Part shown: positions 46,333 through 56,449 of the stretch, piece after piece
Layout of the letters: the number at the start of each line of letters is the position of its first letter
How positions within the stretch are numbered: position 1 is the stretch's first letter
Assembly (NCBI GenBank): GCA_036258175.1
Contig: DATAEE010000314.1
Span: 11,268 to 75,267 of the forward strand
From: Vicinamibacterales bacterium
Lineage (GTDB): Bacteria; Acidobacteriota; Vicinamibacteria; Vicinamibacterales; 2-12-FULL-66-21
Direction of reading: 5' to 3'
DNA: 64,000 nucleotides
Program-made: the position numbers and the translations under genes
Notes under the pieces: generated by a model
The model's input: the letters and a program-made list of their open reading frames with translations, nothing else
Told to the model about the DNA's origin: nothing
Databases searched by the model: none

Positions 46333-47403
46333 ATGCCCAAGCTCCTTCTTGCGGACGACAGCGTGACCATCCAGCGTGTGATCGAGCTGACGTTTGCCGA
46401 CGAGCAGATCCAGGTGATCGCTGTCGGTGACGGGCAGGAGGCCGTGCAGCGCATCGAGTCGGAGCGTCCCGACGTCATCCTTGCCGACGTCGGCATGCCG
46501 CGGCGTGACGGCTACGAAGTCGCCGCGCACGTAAAGAAGACACCGCACCTGAAGCACATTCCTGTCGTGCTGCTGACAGGTGCGTTTGAACCCATTGACG
46601 AGGCGCGCGCGCGCGCCGTCGGATGCGACGGCGTGCTCGTGAAGCCGTTCGAGCCGCAAATGGTCATCAACCGTGTGAAAGATCTTCTGGCTGGTCGGCG
46701 TCCCGCGTCGCTCTGGGAGGAGAGCGGCGCCGCGTCTGCTGCGCCGCCCGCTTCCGTCCCGGCGCCGGAGCCGCCGGCGCTCGAACCGCAACCACGGCCT
46801 GTCGATTCGCTCGACGAGTACTTCGACCGGCTCGATGCCGCGTTCGCGCAGCATGCGCCGGCAGGACAACCGGCGCCGCTCGAACCGGCGCCGACTCCGC
46901 AGCGGCCGGCCGAGAGCGCGGCGTCCGCCACGGCCGCGCGGGCGGGCTTCGGAGATTGGGACTTGCCGACGATGGCGGGCGCCCAACAGCCGCCTGAACT
47001 GGCTCAGCCGCCAGCCGTCGCGGCAGCGCCTGTCGCACGATCCGTCGCACCATCTCCAGCGGTCGCGGCACAGGAGACCGCGCCCGCCGCAGCATCAATG
47101 GGCACGGCGACGCTCGATAACGCGCTCTCGGCTGCCGGCGAAGCGCCCGCGCCGAGTGGGACCGAGGGCCCAGCGCTTGCCGACGCCTTCGCCGCATTAC
47201 TCGCTGCGGAACAGGCGCTGAGCGTCCGGCCGGTTGCCGCGAGCGCCGGCGCGAGCGTCCCGGTCACCGATGATGTGGTCGAAGAGGTCGTGCGTCGGGT
47301 GATCGCGCGTATGTCCGATCAGGCCGTCCGCGAGACCGTCCTGCAGGTGGCCGAGCGGATGGTCCGCGAGGAGATCGACCGCGTGAAGAAGGGTGCATCC
47401 TGA
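46333..47403 (+). CDS. Response-regulator receiver protein with a long Ala/Pro-rich linker and a short helical C-terminal module
   Basis: The REC domain has DD...., DVILADVGMP and KPF. There is no recognisable DNA-binding output. The ATG directly follows the mutase TAA. Confidence 0.8.
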   Translation: MPKLLLADDSVTIQRVIELTFADEQIQVIAVGDGQEAVQRIESERPDVILADVGMPRRDGYEVAAHVKKTPHLKHIPVVLLTGAFEPIDEARARAVGCDGVLVKPFEPQMVINRVKDLLAGRRPASLWEESGAASAAPPASVPAPEPPALEPQPRPVDSLDEYFDRLDAAFAQHAPAGQPAPLEPAPTPQRPAESAASATAARAGFGDWDLPTMAGAQQPPELAQPPAVAAAPVARSVAPSPAVAAQETAPAAASMGTATLDNALSAAGEAPAPSGTEGPALADAFAALLAAEQALSVRPVAASAGASVPVTDDVVEEVVRRVIARMSDQAVRETVLQVAERMVREEIDRVKKGAS

Positions 47404-49975
47404 CGTGACGCAAGGCGTGCCGGACAAGCCGGCGCTCGAAGGTCTTGAAGAGAAATGGCGCGCGCGATGGGAAGCTGACGGAACCTATCGTTTCTCCCGT
47501 TCGAAGCCGCGCGATGCGATTTACGCGATAGACACGCCGCCCCCGACCGTCAGCGGCGCGCTGCATATCGGCCACGTCTTCTCCTTCACCCATACCGACG
47601 TGATCGCGCGCTTCCAGCGGATGCGCGGGCGGGAAGTCTTTTATCCGATGGGGTGGGACGACAACGGGCTGCCCACCGAGCGTCGCGTCCAGAACTATTA
47701 CGGGGTGCGCTGCGATCCGGCGCTTCCGTACGACCCGTCGTTCACGCCCCCCGAGACGCCGCCGAAACCGCCCATCTCGGTGTCGCGTCCGAACTTCATC
47801 GAACTCTGCGCCAGATTGACCGCCGAGGACGAAAAGGCGTTCGAGGATCTGTGGCGATACCTCGGATTGTCCGTGGACTGGTCGCTGACTTACGCCACGA
47901 TCGGCCGCACGGCGCAGCGCGTGTCGCAACTCTCGTTTCTCCGCCTGCTGGATCGCGGCCTCGCGTATCAAGTCGAGGCGCCGACGCTGTGGGACGTGGA
48001 CTTCCGGACGGCGGTCGCGCAGGCGGAGCTCGAGGACCGGGAGGTCGCAGGCGCCTATCACCGCGTCGAGTTCTCGCTCGACTCGCGGAAGATCGCCATC
48101 GAGACGACACGGCCGGAACTGATTCCATCCTGCGTCGCGCTCGTCGCACATCCAGACGACGAGCGATACAAGCCGCTGTTCGGACAGCATGCGATCACGC
48201 CGCTCTTTGGCGCGCGCGTTCCCATTCGCGCGCATCCGCTCGCGGAGCCCGACCGCGGCAGCGGCATCGCGATGATCTGCACGTTCGGGGACATCACCGA
48301 CGTCACGTGGTGGCGCGAGCTGAGCCTGCCGGTCCGCGCCGTCATCCAGCCAAACGGTGCGTTCAAGCCTGTCGCATGGGGATCGGCGGAGTGGCCGTCC
48401 GACGATCCCGCGCGGGCGCAGCAGTTCTACGACCAGCTCGCAGGTTTGTCCGCCCAGAAGGCGAGGGCAAGGGTCGTCGAGCTCCTTCGCGAGACCGGCG
48501 CGCTCGTCGGAGAGCCGCGGCCGATCACGCACGCCGTCAAGTTCTACGAAAAAGGCGATCGCCCGCTCGAGATCGTCACGAGCCGCCAGTGGTTCATCAA
48601 GACGATGGACTTTCGTGAGGCGCTCGTCGAGCGCGGCCGTGCGCTCAAGTGGCATCCGGCCTACATGCGTACGCGCTACGAGAACTGGGTCAACGGGCTC
48701 ACCGGCGACTGGTGCGTCAGCCGCCAGCGCTTCTTCGGCGTCGCGTTTCCCTTGTGGTATCCGGTGAAACGGGATGGGACCATGGACTACGCTTCACCAA
48801 TCAAGCCCGACGTCTCGCGGCTGCCCATCGATCCGTCGAGTGACGTCCCGCCGGGGTACACCGCCAGCCAGCGGGGTCAGTCCGGCGGCTTCGTCGGTGA
48901 TCCGGACGTAATGGACACGTGGGCCACATCGTCCCTTACGCCGCAGATCGCGGGCGGCTGGGAGAGTGACCCGGATCTGTTCAACCGGGTATTTCCGATG
49001 GACCTCCGCCCGCAGGCGCACGACATCATCCGGACCTGGCTCTTCAGCACGGTGTTGCGCTCTCATCTCGAGCACGACTCGCTGCCGTGGACGAACGCTG
49101 CGATCTCCGGTTTTGTGGTCGATCCCGATCGGAAAAAGATGTCGAAGTCTAAGGGCAACGTCGTCACACCGAAAGCGTTGCTCGTGGAGCATGGGTCCGA
49201 CGGCGTGAGGTACTGGGCGGCGAGCGGCCGGCCAGGGATGGACACGACGTTCGATCCCAATCAGATGAAGGTCGGCCGCCGCCTGGCGATCAAGATCCTG
49301 AACGCGTCGAAGTTCGCGCTCTCGAACGCCGAGCCGCGCGGGGCCGTCACGCATCGGGTCGATCGCGGCGTGTTGACGAGCCTCGCCCGGCTCGTCGACG
49401 AGAACACGGCGGATCTCGAGGCATACGACTACACCCGCGCGCTGGATCGGACCGAGAAGTTCTTCTGGTCGTTCTGCGACAACTATCTCGAGCTGGTGAA
49501 ATCGCGGCGATACGGCGAGCAAGGGCCGGCGGCCGCCGCCTCCGCCAATACGGCGCTTCATGCTGCCTTGTCTTCGATGCTGCGGTTGTTCGCCCCGTAT
49601 CTACCCTTCGTTACCGAGGAAGTGTGGTCGTGGTGGCAGTCCGGTTCGGTGCACCGCGCGGAGTGGCCATCCAGGGCGGTGTTGATCGCCGTCGCCGGCG
49701 GTGAAGATGACCGCGGCGTCGTCGCGCTCGAAGCGGCATCCCTGGTGCTCGGCGAGATCCGCAAGAAGAAGTCGGAGGAGAGGCGGCCGCTCAAGACGTC
49801 AGCGCGGCTCGTGAAGGTCACCGACACAGCTGACCGGGTCGCACTGCTCGAGGAGACGCGCGCCGACCTGCGCGCCGCGGGCCTCATCGAACGCCTGGAC
49901 CTCGCACCGGGAGACTTCGCCGTCGACGTCGAACTCGCCCAGGCCGAGGCGCTTTCGCGCGAGTCCAGTCAATGA
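47393..49975 (+). CDS. valS: Valine--tRNA ligase
   Basis: PPPTVSGALHIGHVFS (HIGH) and KMSKSKGNVV. 860 aa. Confidence 0.95.
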   Translation: MHPDVTQGVPDKPALEGLEEKWRARWEADGTYRFSRSKPRDAIYAIDTPPPTVSGALHIGHVFSFTHTDVIARFQRMRGREVFYPMGWDDNGLPTERRVQNYYGVRCDPALPYDPSFTPPETPPKPPISVSRPNFIELCARLTAEDEKAFEDLWRYLGLSVDWSLTYATIGRTAQRVSQLSFLRLLDRGLAYQVEAPTLWDVDFRTAVAQAELEDREVAGAYHRVEFSLDSRKIAIETTRPELIPSCVALVAHPDDERYKPLFGQHAITPLFGARVPIRAHPLAEPDRGSGIAMICTFGDITDVTWWRELSLPVRAVIQPNGAFKPVAWGSAEWPSDDPARAQQFYDQLAGLSAQKARARVVELLRETGALVGEPRPITHAVKFYEKGDRPLEIVTSRQWFIKTMDFREALVERGRALKWHPAYMRTRYENWVNGLTGDWCVSRQRFFGVAFPLWYPVKRDGTMDYASPIKPDVSRLPIDPSSDVPPGYTASQRGQSGGFVGDPDVMDTWATSSLTPQIAGGWESDPDLFNRVFPMDLRPQAHDIIRTWLFSTVLRSHLEHDSLPWTNAAISGFVVDPDRKKMSKSKGNVVTPKALLVEHGSDGVRYWAASGRPGMDTTFDPNQMKVGRRLAIKILNASKFALSNAEPRGAVTHRVDRGVLTSLARLVDENTADLEAYDYTRALDRTEKFFWSFCDNYLELVKSRRYGEQGPAAAASANTALHAALSSMLRLFAPYLPFVTEEVWSWWQSGSVHRAEWPSRAVLIAVAGGEDDRGVVALEAASLVLGEIRKKKSEERRPLKTSARLVKVTDTADRVALLEETRADLRAAGLIERLDLAPGDFAVDVELAQAEALSRESSQ

Positions 49976-50826
49976 AATCGGTCCCGTTCGGCCCACTCGA
50001 GCCCGCGCTGTATCGCGAGATTGTGCGGCGAGCGCTGGCAGAGGATCTCGGGTGGGGCGACGTCACAACGGAAGCAACGGTCCCGGCGGAACTGCGCGCT
50101 CAAGGCGTCCTCCTGGCGAAGTGTCCCTGTGTTCTGGCCGGGCTGGATGTGGCCGCGGAGGCCTTCCGTCAGCTCGACCCGCGCGTGTCCTTCGCGCCGA
50201 TGCGCGCCGACGGCGACGCCTGCAACGCCGGCCAGACCGTCGCCGAAATCAAGGGCTTCGCCGGCGCGCTGTTGACGGCGGAACGCACCGCGCTGAACTT
50301 CCTGCAGCGATTGTCAGGCATCGCGACGCTGACGCGCCGCTTCGTCGATGCCGCTGGCGGCAGGCTGACCGTCCTCGACACGCGAAAGACGACGCCGACG
50401 TTGCGGGTGCTCGAGAAGTACGCGGTCCGGGCGGGCGGCGGCGTCAGCCATCGGGCGGCGCTGGACGACGGGATTCTGATCAAGGAAAACCATATCCGCC
50501 TCGGCGGAGGCGTCGGCGAAACGGTCCGGAAGATGCGCGCGGCCGGCCACGAGATGCCAGTCGAGATCGAAGCCCAGTCGCTCGCCGAGGTGGACGAAGC
50601 GCTCGCGGCCGGGGCCGATATCATCCTGCTCGACAACCTGTCGATTGACGACATGCGCGAAGCGATCGGACGCGCGCGCGGCCGCGCGAAGACGGAGATC
50701 TCCGGCGGTGTCACGCTCGATCGGCTGCCCGCGCTGGCGCAGCTCGGCGCCGACTACGTCTCAATCGGCGCGTTGACCCATTCTGCGCCGGCGGCCGATC
50801 TCAGCCTCGAGATCGAGCGCGATTAG
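49972..50826 (+). CDS. nadC: Nicotinate-nucleotide pyrophosphorylase (carboxylating)
   Basis: QPRTase pattern: ERTALNFLQRLSGIAT, DTRKTTP, IKENH, LDN, SGG. The start overlaps the valS stop. Confidence 0.9.
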   Translation: MKSVPFGPLEPALYREIVRRALAEDLGWGDVTTEATVPAELRAQGVLLAKCPCVLAGLDVAAEAFRQLDPRVSFAPMRADGDACNAGQTVAEIKGFAGALLTAERTALNFLQRLSGIATLTRRFVDAAGGRLTVLDTRKTTPTLRVLEKYAVRAGGGVSHRAALDDGILIKENHIRLGGGVGETVRKMRAAGHEMPVEIEAQSLAEVDEALAAGADIILLDNLSIDDMREAIGRARGRAKTEISGGVTLDRLPALAQLGADYVSIGALTHSAPAADLSLEIERD

Positions 50827-50836
50827 TAAACTTCCC

Positions 50837-51640
50837 ATGTCACGCGAGCTGGAGCAGGCGCTGAGGGCGGCCGCGGATCGCATTGCGCCGTTCGGCCGCC
50901 GCGTCGTGCATTTCGAGGAGGCCGGCTCGACCAACGACGAAGCGGCGAGGCTGGCGGCCCTTGGAGCCGAGGATGGAACGCTCGTCATCGCCGATGCGCA
51001 GACCGCCGGGCGCGGGCGGCTGGGGCGATCGTGGGTGTCGCCGCCGGGCGCCGGGCTTTACGCCTCGATCGTGATGCGTCCTCAGCCGCTGCGTCCGCTG
51101 GCGCCGACCGGAGCGGAGGGACTTCTGACGCTGGCGGGCGGCGTCGCCCTGGCCGAGGGCCTGCGCGCGGCCACCGGACTGGCCGTCGAGCTGAAATGGC
51201 CCAACGACTTGATGGCGCCCGGGGGGCGCAGAAAATTGGGCGGCATCCTCACCGAAGGATCCTCGGAGGGAGCCGCCCTGGTATTTGTCGTCTTCGGGTT
51301 CGGCATCAATCTCCATGGCGTGTTCGACGGGGCGCTCGCGGACCGCGCGACGTCACTCGAGGCGGAACTCGGCCGGCCGATCGACCGGACCACCGTGCTC
51401 GTGGAATGCCTCGCCGCGCTGACAGAGCGCTCCCGCGACCTCGCGGAAGGGCGCGGTGCCGATATCCGCGCCCGATGGCAGGCGTTTGCCCCTTCCGCAC
51501 GGGGGCGCTCGGTGGAGTGGACCGCCCATGCCGGCCGCCGGTCGGGTGTTGCCGAAGGGATCGACGATTCGGGGGCGCTCCTGGTCCGTGTCGAGGGAGC
51601 TCTGGAGCGCATCGTGTCGGGCGAAGTACGCTGGCTGTGA
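50837..51640 (+). CDS. birA: Biotin--[acetyl-CoA-carboxylase] ligase (no N-terminal HTH evident)
   Basis: GRGRLGRSW signature and KWPND. Confidence 0.85.
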   Translation: MSRELEQALRAAADRIAPFGRRVVHFEEAGSTNDEAARLAALGAEDGTLVIADAQTAGRGRLGRSWVSPPGAGLYASIVMRPQPLRPLAPTGAEGLLTLAGGVALAEGLRAATGLAVELKWPNDLMAPGGRRKLGGILTEGSSEGAALVFVVFGFGINLHGVFDGALADRATSLEAELGRPIDRTTVLVECLAALTERSRDLAEGRGADIRARWQAFAPSARGRSVEWTAHAGRRSGVAEGIDDSGALLVRVEGALERIVSGEVRWL

Positions 51641-51642
51641 CC

Positions 51643-52422
51643 ATGCTGCTTGCGATTGACGTCGGCAACACCAACATCACCATCGGCCTGTTCGAAGGCG
51701 ATCGGCTGGCGCAGAGCTGGCGTCTGGCGACCCTGCGCGAGCGGACGGCCGACGAGCTCGGCATTCTGATCACGAATCTCTTCGACCACGAGCGCGTGGA
51801 CCGCTCCCGCGTCGACGGCGTGATCTTGGCGTCGGTCGTTCCGCCTCTGACAGGCACCGCCGCCGAGATGGCGCGTCGATACTTCGGATGCGACGCGTTG
51901 ATTGTCGATCCGGCAACGAATGCCGGGATGCCGGTGCTGTACGACGCGCCGGCCGACGTCGGCGCGGACCGCGTCGTCAACGGCGTGGCGGCGTTCGAGC
52001 TCTATGGCCGCGCCGCCGGCCGTCCGGTCATCGTCGTCGACTTTGGCACGGCGACGACCTTCGATGCCATTACCGCGCGCGGCGAATATCTTGGCGGTGT
52101 GATCTGTCCGGGGATTCAGATCTCAGCGGACGCACTGTTTCTCCGCGCCGCGAGGCTGCCAAAAGTCGAGGTCCGGAAGCCGCCGACCGTTATCGGCCGG
52201 ACCACCGTCGGGTCGATGCAGTCGGGCCTGTTCTTCGGCTACGTGGACATGATCGAGGGCATCGTCCGGCGGATGCGCGCCGAACTCGGGCAGCCGCCGG
52301 CGCGGTGCATTGCGACCGGCGGCATGGCCGAGATCATCGCGTCTGAGACCTCCGTGGTCGAGGAGGTCAACCCCGATCTGACATTGATCGGTCTCCGGAT
52401 GATCTGGGAACGCAACAGGTGA
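51643..52422 (+). CDS. coaX: Type III pantothenate kinase
   Basis: MLLAIDVGNTN N-terminus and ...GADR. 259 aa from the ATG at 51643. Confidence 0.9.
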   Translation: MLLAIDVGNTNITIGLFEGDRLAQSWRLATLRERTADELGILITNLFDHERVDRSRVDGVILASVVPPLTGTAAEMARRYFGCDALIVDPATNAGMPVLYDAPADVGADRVVNGVAAFELYGRAAGRPVIVVDFGTATTFDAITARGEYLGGVICPGIQISADALFLRAARLPKVEVRKPPTVIGRTTVGSMQSGLFFGYVDMIEGIVRRMRAELGQPPARCIATGGMAEIIASETSVVEEVNPDLTLIGLRMIWERNR

Positions 52423-53123
52423 TCGATCCTGCCGAGTACTGCCGCGAGATCGAGACATACCTCTGCCGGAAGAACGACGGATACCTGATTCGAATTGCCG
52501 GCCCGGCGTTCGACCTTGTGTGCGGGTGGGCGGCGCAGGGCGTCCCGTTGCCGGTCGCCTACCGCGGGATCGATCGCACGTTCGAGCGCTATTACAGGAA
52601 AGGGCAGAGGCGCAGGCCGGTGCGTGTCGAGTTCTGCGAAGCCGACATCCTCGACGCGTTCGACGAATGGCGCCGCGCCGTCGGGATCGCGGAGACGACT
52701 GCCGGGGCGGATGCGAAGAGCGGCCCTTCCAGTCCCCACGAAAGTCTTCCGGTCCATCTGAACCGGACAGCCGAGCGGCTCACGTCGCTCCAGGCGCACC
52801 GCCGGTTTGGCGCCGCGCTCGCAAGCGCGCTCGACGGCGCGCTCGCAGAGATCGACGCACTGCGGGCCAGCGCGCGCGGGCTGCGAGGGGCGGTACGTGG
52901 CGCGGCGCTCGATCGGCTTCGCGCGCTCGATGCCGAGCTGATCGCGGCAGCGCGCGCCGAGGCGGATACCGACATGCTGCGCACGTTGACACGCGAAGCG
53001 GAGCAGGAGCTGTCGCCGTTTGCTGACCGCATGCCGCTCGACGCGCACGCGCGCGCGATCGCGGCGGCGCGCGATCGGCTGCTTCGCGAGCAGTTGGGGC
53101 TGCCGACGATCGCGCTGGACTGA
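52419..53123 (+). CDS. Hypothetical protein (Cys-containing N-terminal domain, Ala/Arg-rich helical C-terminus)
   Basis: 234 aa. The GTG start overlaps the coaX stop (GTGA). I recognise no family. Confidence 0.45.
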   Translation: MIDPAEYCREIETYLCRKNDGYLIRIAGPAFDLVCGWAAQGVPLPVAYRGIDRTFERYYRKGQRRRPVRVEFCEADILDAFDEWRRAVGIAETTAGADAKSGPSSPHESLPVHLNRTAERLTSLQAHRRFGAALASALDGALAEIDALRASARGLRGAVRGAALDRLRALDAELIAAARAEADTDMLRTLTREAEQELSPFADRMPLDAHARAIAAARDRLLREQLGLPTIALD

Positions 53124-53132
53124 GAACCCTCC

Positions 53133-54410
53133 ATGCTGCGCCCTCGTGACCGCGTGACGCTCGCCATCGAGAAACCGGCAGCCGGCGGATGGATGATCGC
53201 GCGGCACGAAGGGCAGGTCGTCCTCGTCGCCGGCGCGATCCCGGGTGAGCGCGTCGTCGCCGATATCACTCGCGCCGATCGTTCGGTCGCGTACGCGACG
53301 GCGATCGACATCCTCGAACCAGGTCCGGATCGCCGGCCGTGGCCGGGCGACTGGACGTGCGGTGGCGCGAGCTACGCCTTCATCAGGTATGCGAGGCAGC
53401 TTGCCCTGAAGGGCGAGGTCGTGTCGGACGCGTTTAGGCGGATCGGCCGGATGACGCTCGGGGCGCCGGTCGAGGTGACGGCGTCGGAGGAGCGCGGATA
53501 CCGGATGCGCGCGCGGCTGCACGTCATGGACGGGCGCATAGGGTTCTTCCGTGAAGCCACGCACGAGCTGTGCGATCCCGCCTCGACTGGACAGCTCGCG
53601 CCCGAAACCTGTGCGGTCCTCGATCAGATTCGGTTGCGGTTGAAAAAGCTTGGCGGCGAACACGTGTCGGCGATCGAGCTCGCCGAAAACGCGGCGTTGA
53701 CGGAGCGCGCGCTGCACCTGCAGCTCAGGCCCGCGCCGGCACTTAAGACCGCTAGCTACGCTCCCCTCGCCGGCACGCGCGGGCTGACGGGTCTGACTTG
53801 CGCGATGTCGACCGGCGCCGCGACCGTGCGCTTGGGAGGCGCGCCATTCGTCCACGATGCCGTCTCGGGCGCGACACTGCGCCGCCACGTCCGATCGTTC
53901 TTCCAGGGGAATCGCTACCTGCTGCAAACGCTCGCCGATGCCGTTCGGAACACCGTGAGCGCCGATGCTCAGGACCTCGTCTTCGATCTGTATTCGGGGG
54001 TCGGACTCTTCGCGGTCGCGTTGGCGGCGGCCGGCTGGCGGCGGATCGTAGCCGTCGAAGGCGATCGGTTGAGCGCCGACGATCTGGCGGCGAACGCACG
54101 CGCGTTCAACGGTGGCATCGTCGTGGTCGGTCAGTCAGTCGAGGACTACCTGATCCACTATCAGGGACAGCCGGCGGCTTCGATCATGCTGGATCCTCCG
54201 AGGACCGGCTTGTCCCGTGAGGCGCTGGAGGCGGTCGTTGCGCACGGCGCACGTCAGCTCGTCTATGTCTCCTGCGATGTGGCCACGGTGGCGCGTGACG
54301 CACGTCGTATCGTAGATAGTGGCTACACGCTCGACGCTGTCCGAGCATTTGATCTCTTCCCGAACACCCCGCATATCGAGACGCTAGTCTCGTTCACCCG
54401 CACGCGTTGA
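53133..54410 (+). CDS. Class I SAM-dependent RNA (uracil-5-)-methyltransferase, RumA/TrmA-like
   Basis: It has an N-terminal TRAM-like barrel, SAM motif I (DLYSGVGLFAV), motif IV (MLDPPRTGL) and the catalytic-Cys region (YVSCDVAT.ARD). Confidence 0.8.
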   Translation: MLRPRDRVTLAIEKPAAGGWMIARHEGQVVLVAGAIPGERVVADITRADRSVAYATAIDILEPGPDRRPWPGDWTCGGASYAFIRYARQLALKGEVVSDAFRRIGRMTLGAPVEVTASEERGYRMRARLHVMDGRIGFFREATHELCDPASTGQLAPETCAVLDQIRLRLKKLGGEHVSAIELAENAALTERALHLQLRPAPALKTASYAPLAGTRGLTGLTCAMSTGAATVRLGGAPFVHDAVSGATLRRHVRSFFQGNRYLLQTLADAVRNTVSADAQDLVFDLYSGVGLFAVALAAAGWRRIVAVEGDRLSADDLAANARAFNGGIVVVGQSVEDYLIHYQGQPAASIMLDPPRTGLSREALEAVVAHGARQLVYVSCDVATVARDARRIVDSGYTLDAVRAFDLFPNTPHIETLVSFTRTR

Positions 54411-54453
54411 TAGCGTCGGTTATATTCTTGAGATCGTTTGGAGACCTGACTCA

Positions 54454-55188
54454 GTGCGAAACCTGTTTGTGATTGCCACAGCTGCGGTTGTGCTTGGAGG
54501 CCATGCCGACCTGGCTGCCGACGACGCGGCTCGCGCGTTGCTCACCCGCGCGATCTCAGCCGCCGGCGGAGCGGCCAATCTGCAGCGTCATCGTGTGCTT
54601 GCCTGGCACGGCACCGCCTCGATCGACGTGTCAGGGCGGACCGTTCGTATTGAGGGACACTGGCGGATCGAGCCGCCGGATCGCGCGCACATCGAAACCT
54701 TCGAAGTGGAGAAGGGGCCGGTATCGACGCGGAGCCTCTTCATCGACGGCGACAAAGGCTGGACGACGAAAGATGGAAAGTCGCTCGTCCTGCCGCAGCT
54801 GTTCGTCGGCAACGAACGCGAGCAGTTCTATCTGTACTGGCTGGTCCGCCTGGTTCCGATGCTCGACAAGGAGTTCCGCCTGACGGCGGTCGCACCCGAC
54901 GCGCAGCGGCGAGCTGGTTTCCGCGTCGAACGGGACGGGCAGCGCGACGCAACGCTGTATTTCACGCCTGACGCGCGCCTGGCGCGTATCGTGACGACGG
55001 TGACGGATCCGACGAGCGGGACTGATCTACCGCAGGAACTTCGCTTCAGCGGAGACATTGCTGCAAGTGGAATCCGCTGGCCGCGCCGGATCCAGGTCGT
55101 CCAGAAGGACGCGGTCTTTTTCGACCTCGAGCTCTCCAGCCTCGAGACTCCGGAGAAACTCGAGATCCCTCCGTGCACGGGTTGCTGA
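54454..55188 (+). CDS. Hypothetical secreted protein
   Basis: GTG start and a signal-like N-terminus (MRNLFVIATAAVVLGGHA). The sequence is beta-rich. GGAGA lies 9 nt upstream. Confidence 0.45.
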   Translation: MRNLFVIATAAVVLGGHADLAADDAARALLTRAISAAGGAANLQRHRVLAWHGTASIDVSGRTVRIEGHWRIEPPDRAHIETFEVEKGPVSTRSLFIDGDKGWTTKDGKSLVLPQLFVGNEREQFYLYWLVRLVPMLDKEFRLTAVAPDAQRRAGFRVERDGQRDATLYFTPDARLARIVTTVTDPTSGTDLPQELRFSGDIAASGIRWPRRIQVVQKDAVFFDLELSSLETPEKLEIPPCTGC

Positions 55189-55211
55189 AACCCGGCGGCG
55201 GCGCATGAGAT

Positions 55212-55700
55212 GTGGCTGATTCAGAAATAACGGGCGCGCTGCCAGCGCTGCTCCGTGAGTTGCTGGACGGCGCCGATCCGGTGACCGCCTGGGTCCTCAA
55301 TCCGGGAGATCCAGGTCTCTTCAGATCTTTGGACAAGTTGTCAGCGGCAGACGCGTCAGCCGTACCTGCGACCGGCGGATCATCCATTGCCGCGCATGTC
55401 GATCACTTGTGCTATGGCTTTGAGCTCCTGAATCGATGGAGCCGCGGTGAGAACCCGTTTTCGGACGCGAATTATTCCGCGAGCTGGAACCGGGTCACAG
55501 TGACCGAAACCGCGTGGAAGCAGCTCCGTGACCAGTTCCGCGCTGAAGCGCGCACGTGGCAAGAAAACATCCGTCAGCCGCGAACGCTCACGAACGACGA
55601 ACTGAACGCCGTCGTCGGGAGCGTCGTGCATCTCGCGTATCACCTGGGGGCGATTCGCCAGATCGATCGGTCCACGCGGGGTCCGTCGGCGCGAGACTGA
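55212..55700 (+). CDS. DinB-superfamily-like protein
   Basis: The four-helix pattern has His positions (IAAHVDHL ... VHLAYHLGAIRQ) typical of DinB/YfiT-like proteins. Confidence 0.5.
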   Translation: MADSEITGALPALLRELLDGADPVTAWVLNPGDPGLFRSLDKLSAADASAVPATGGSSIAAHVDHLCYGFELLNRWSRGENPFSDANYSASWNRVTVTETAWKQLRDQFRAEARTWQENIRQPRTLTNDELNAVVGSVVHLAYHLGAIRQIDRSTRGPSARD

Positions 55701-55756
55701 GGCTGGCACAACCTGCCGCGTTGAGCCCAACTACAGTCCGCTTCTGATCGACGCGC

Positions 55757-56446
55757 TCAAGGCCGCCGGCACGATCCGACGAACGCCTCGAACAGCGGCG
55801 CGAACTCTCCCGTGGCCCAGAAGTTCTCAGGGTGCCATTCGACTCCCACGCAGAATCTGCGGTCCCGGCGTTCGATCGCCTCGATGAGGCCGTCCGGCGC
55901 CGTCGCCGAGACGACGAAGCCGGGTGCGACGGCGTCCACCGCCTGGTGATGGCGGCTATTGACCACGCACATGTCCACCATGACGACTCGTGTCCCGAGT
56001 GCCCCCGCCAGCGCCGACCCAGCCACTACACGAACCGGGTGCGCGAGCTGGTTCTTCGGCTCATCGATCGAATGAGCGATCGCCGTGCCGACGGCATCCG
56101 GAACGTGCTGCACCAGCGTCCCGCCCGCGGCGACGTTCAGGACCTGGAGTCCGCGGCAGATCGCGAGAATCGGCAGGTCGCGTTCGAGGGCCGAACGCGA
56201 AACCGCGATCTCGAACTCGTCGCGGCCCGCTTCGGCCAGCTCGACATGAGGAGACGGCGGTTGGCCGTAATGCTTCGGATCGATGTCGCCGCCGCCCGTC
56301 AGCAGCAGGCCGTCGACGGCAGCGAGCGCCTCGTCCGGCTTCATCGCGTCCCAGTCAAGGAGCCTCGGTTCGCCACCCGCCAGGCGAATCGCCTGTTCGT
56401 AGTCGGCGGGCCGGCGATTTCGCGTAATGCCGATGATCGGTTTCAT
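55757..56446 (-). CDS. Gamma-glutamyl hydrolase-type class I glutamine amidotransferase (peptidase C26)
   Basis: Start is MKPIIGIT at 56446. The nucleophile is ILAICRGLQVLN and the His region is NSRHHQAV. The upstream part of the track ORF is repeat DNA. Confidence 0.8.
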   Translation of the reverse strand: MKPIIGITRNRRPADYEQAIRLAGGEPRLLDWDAMKPDEALAAVDGLLLTGGGDIDPKHYGQPPSPHVELAEAGRDEFEIAVSRSALERDLPILAICRGLQVLNVAAGGTLVQHVPDAVGTAIAHSIDEPKNQLAHPVRVVAGSALAGALGTRVVMVDMCVVNSRHHQAVDAVAPGFVVSATAPDGLIEAIERRDRRFCVGVEWHPENFWATGEFAPLFEAFVGSCRRP

Positions 56447-56449
56447 GCC

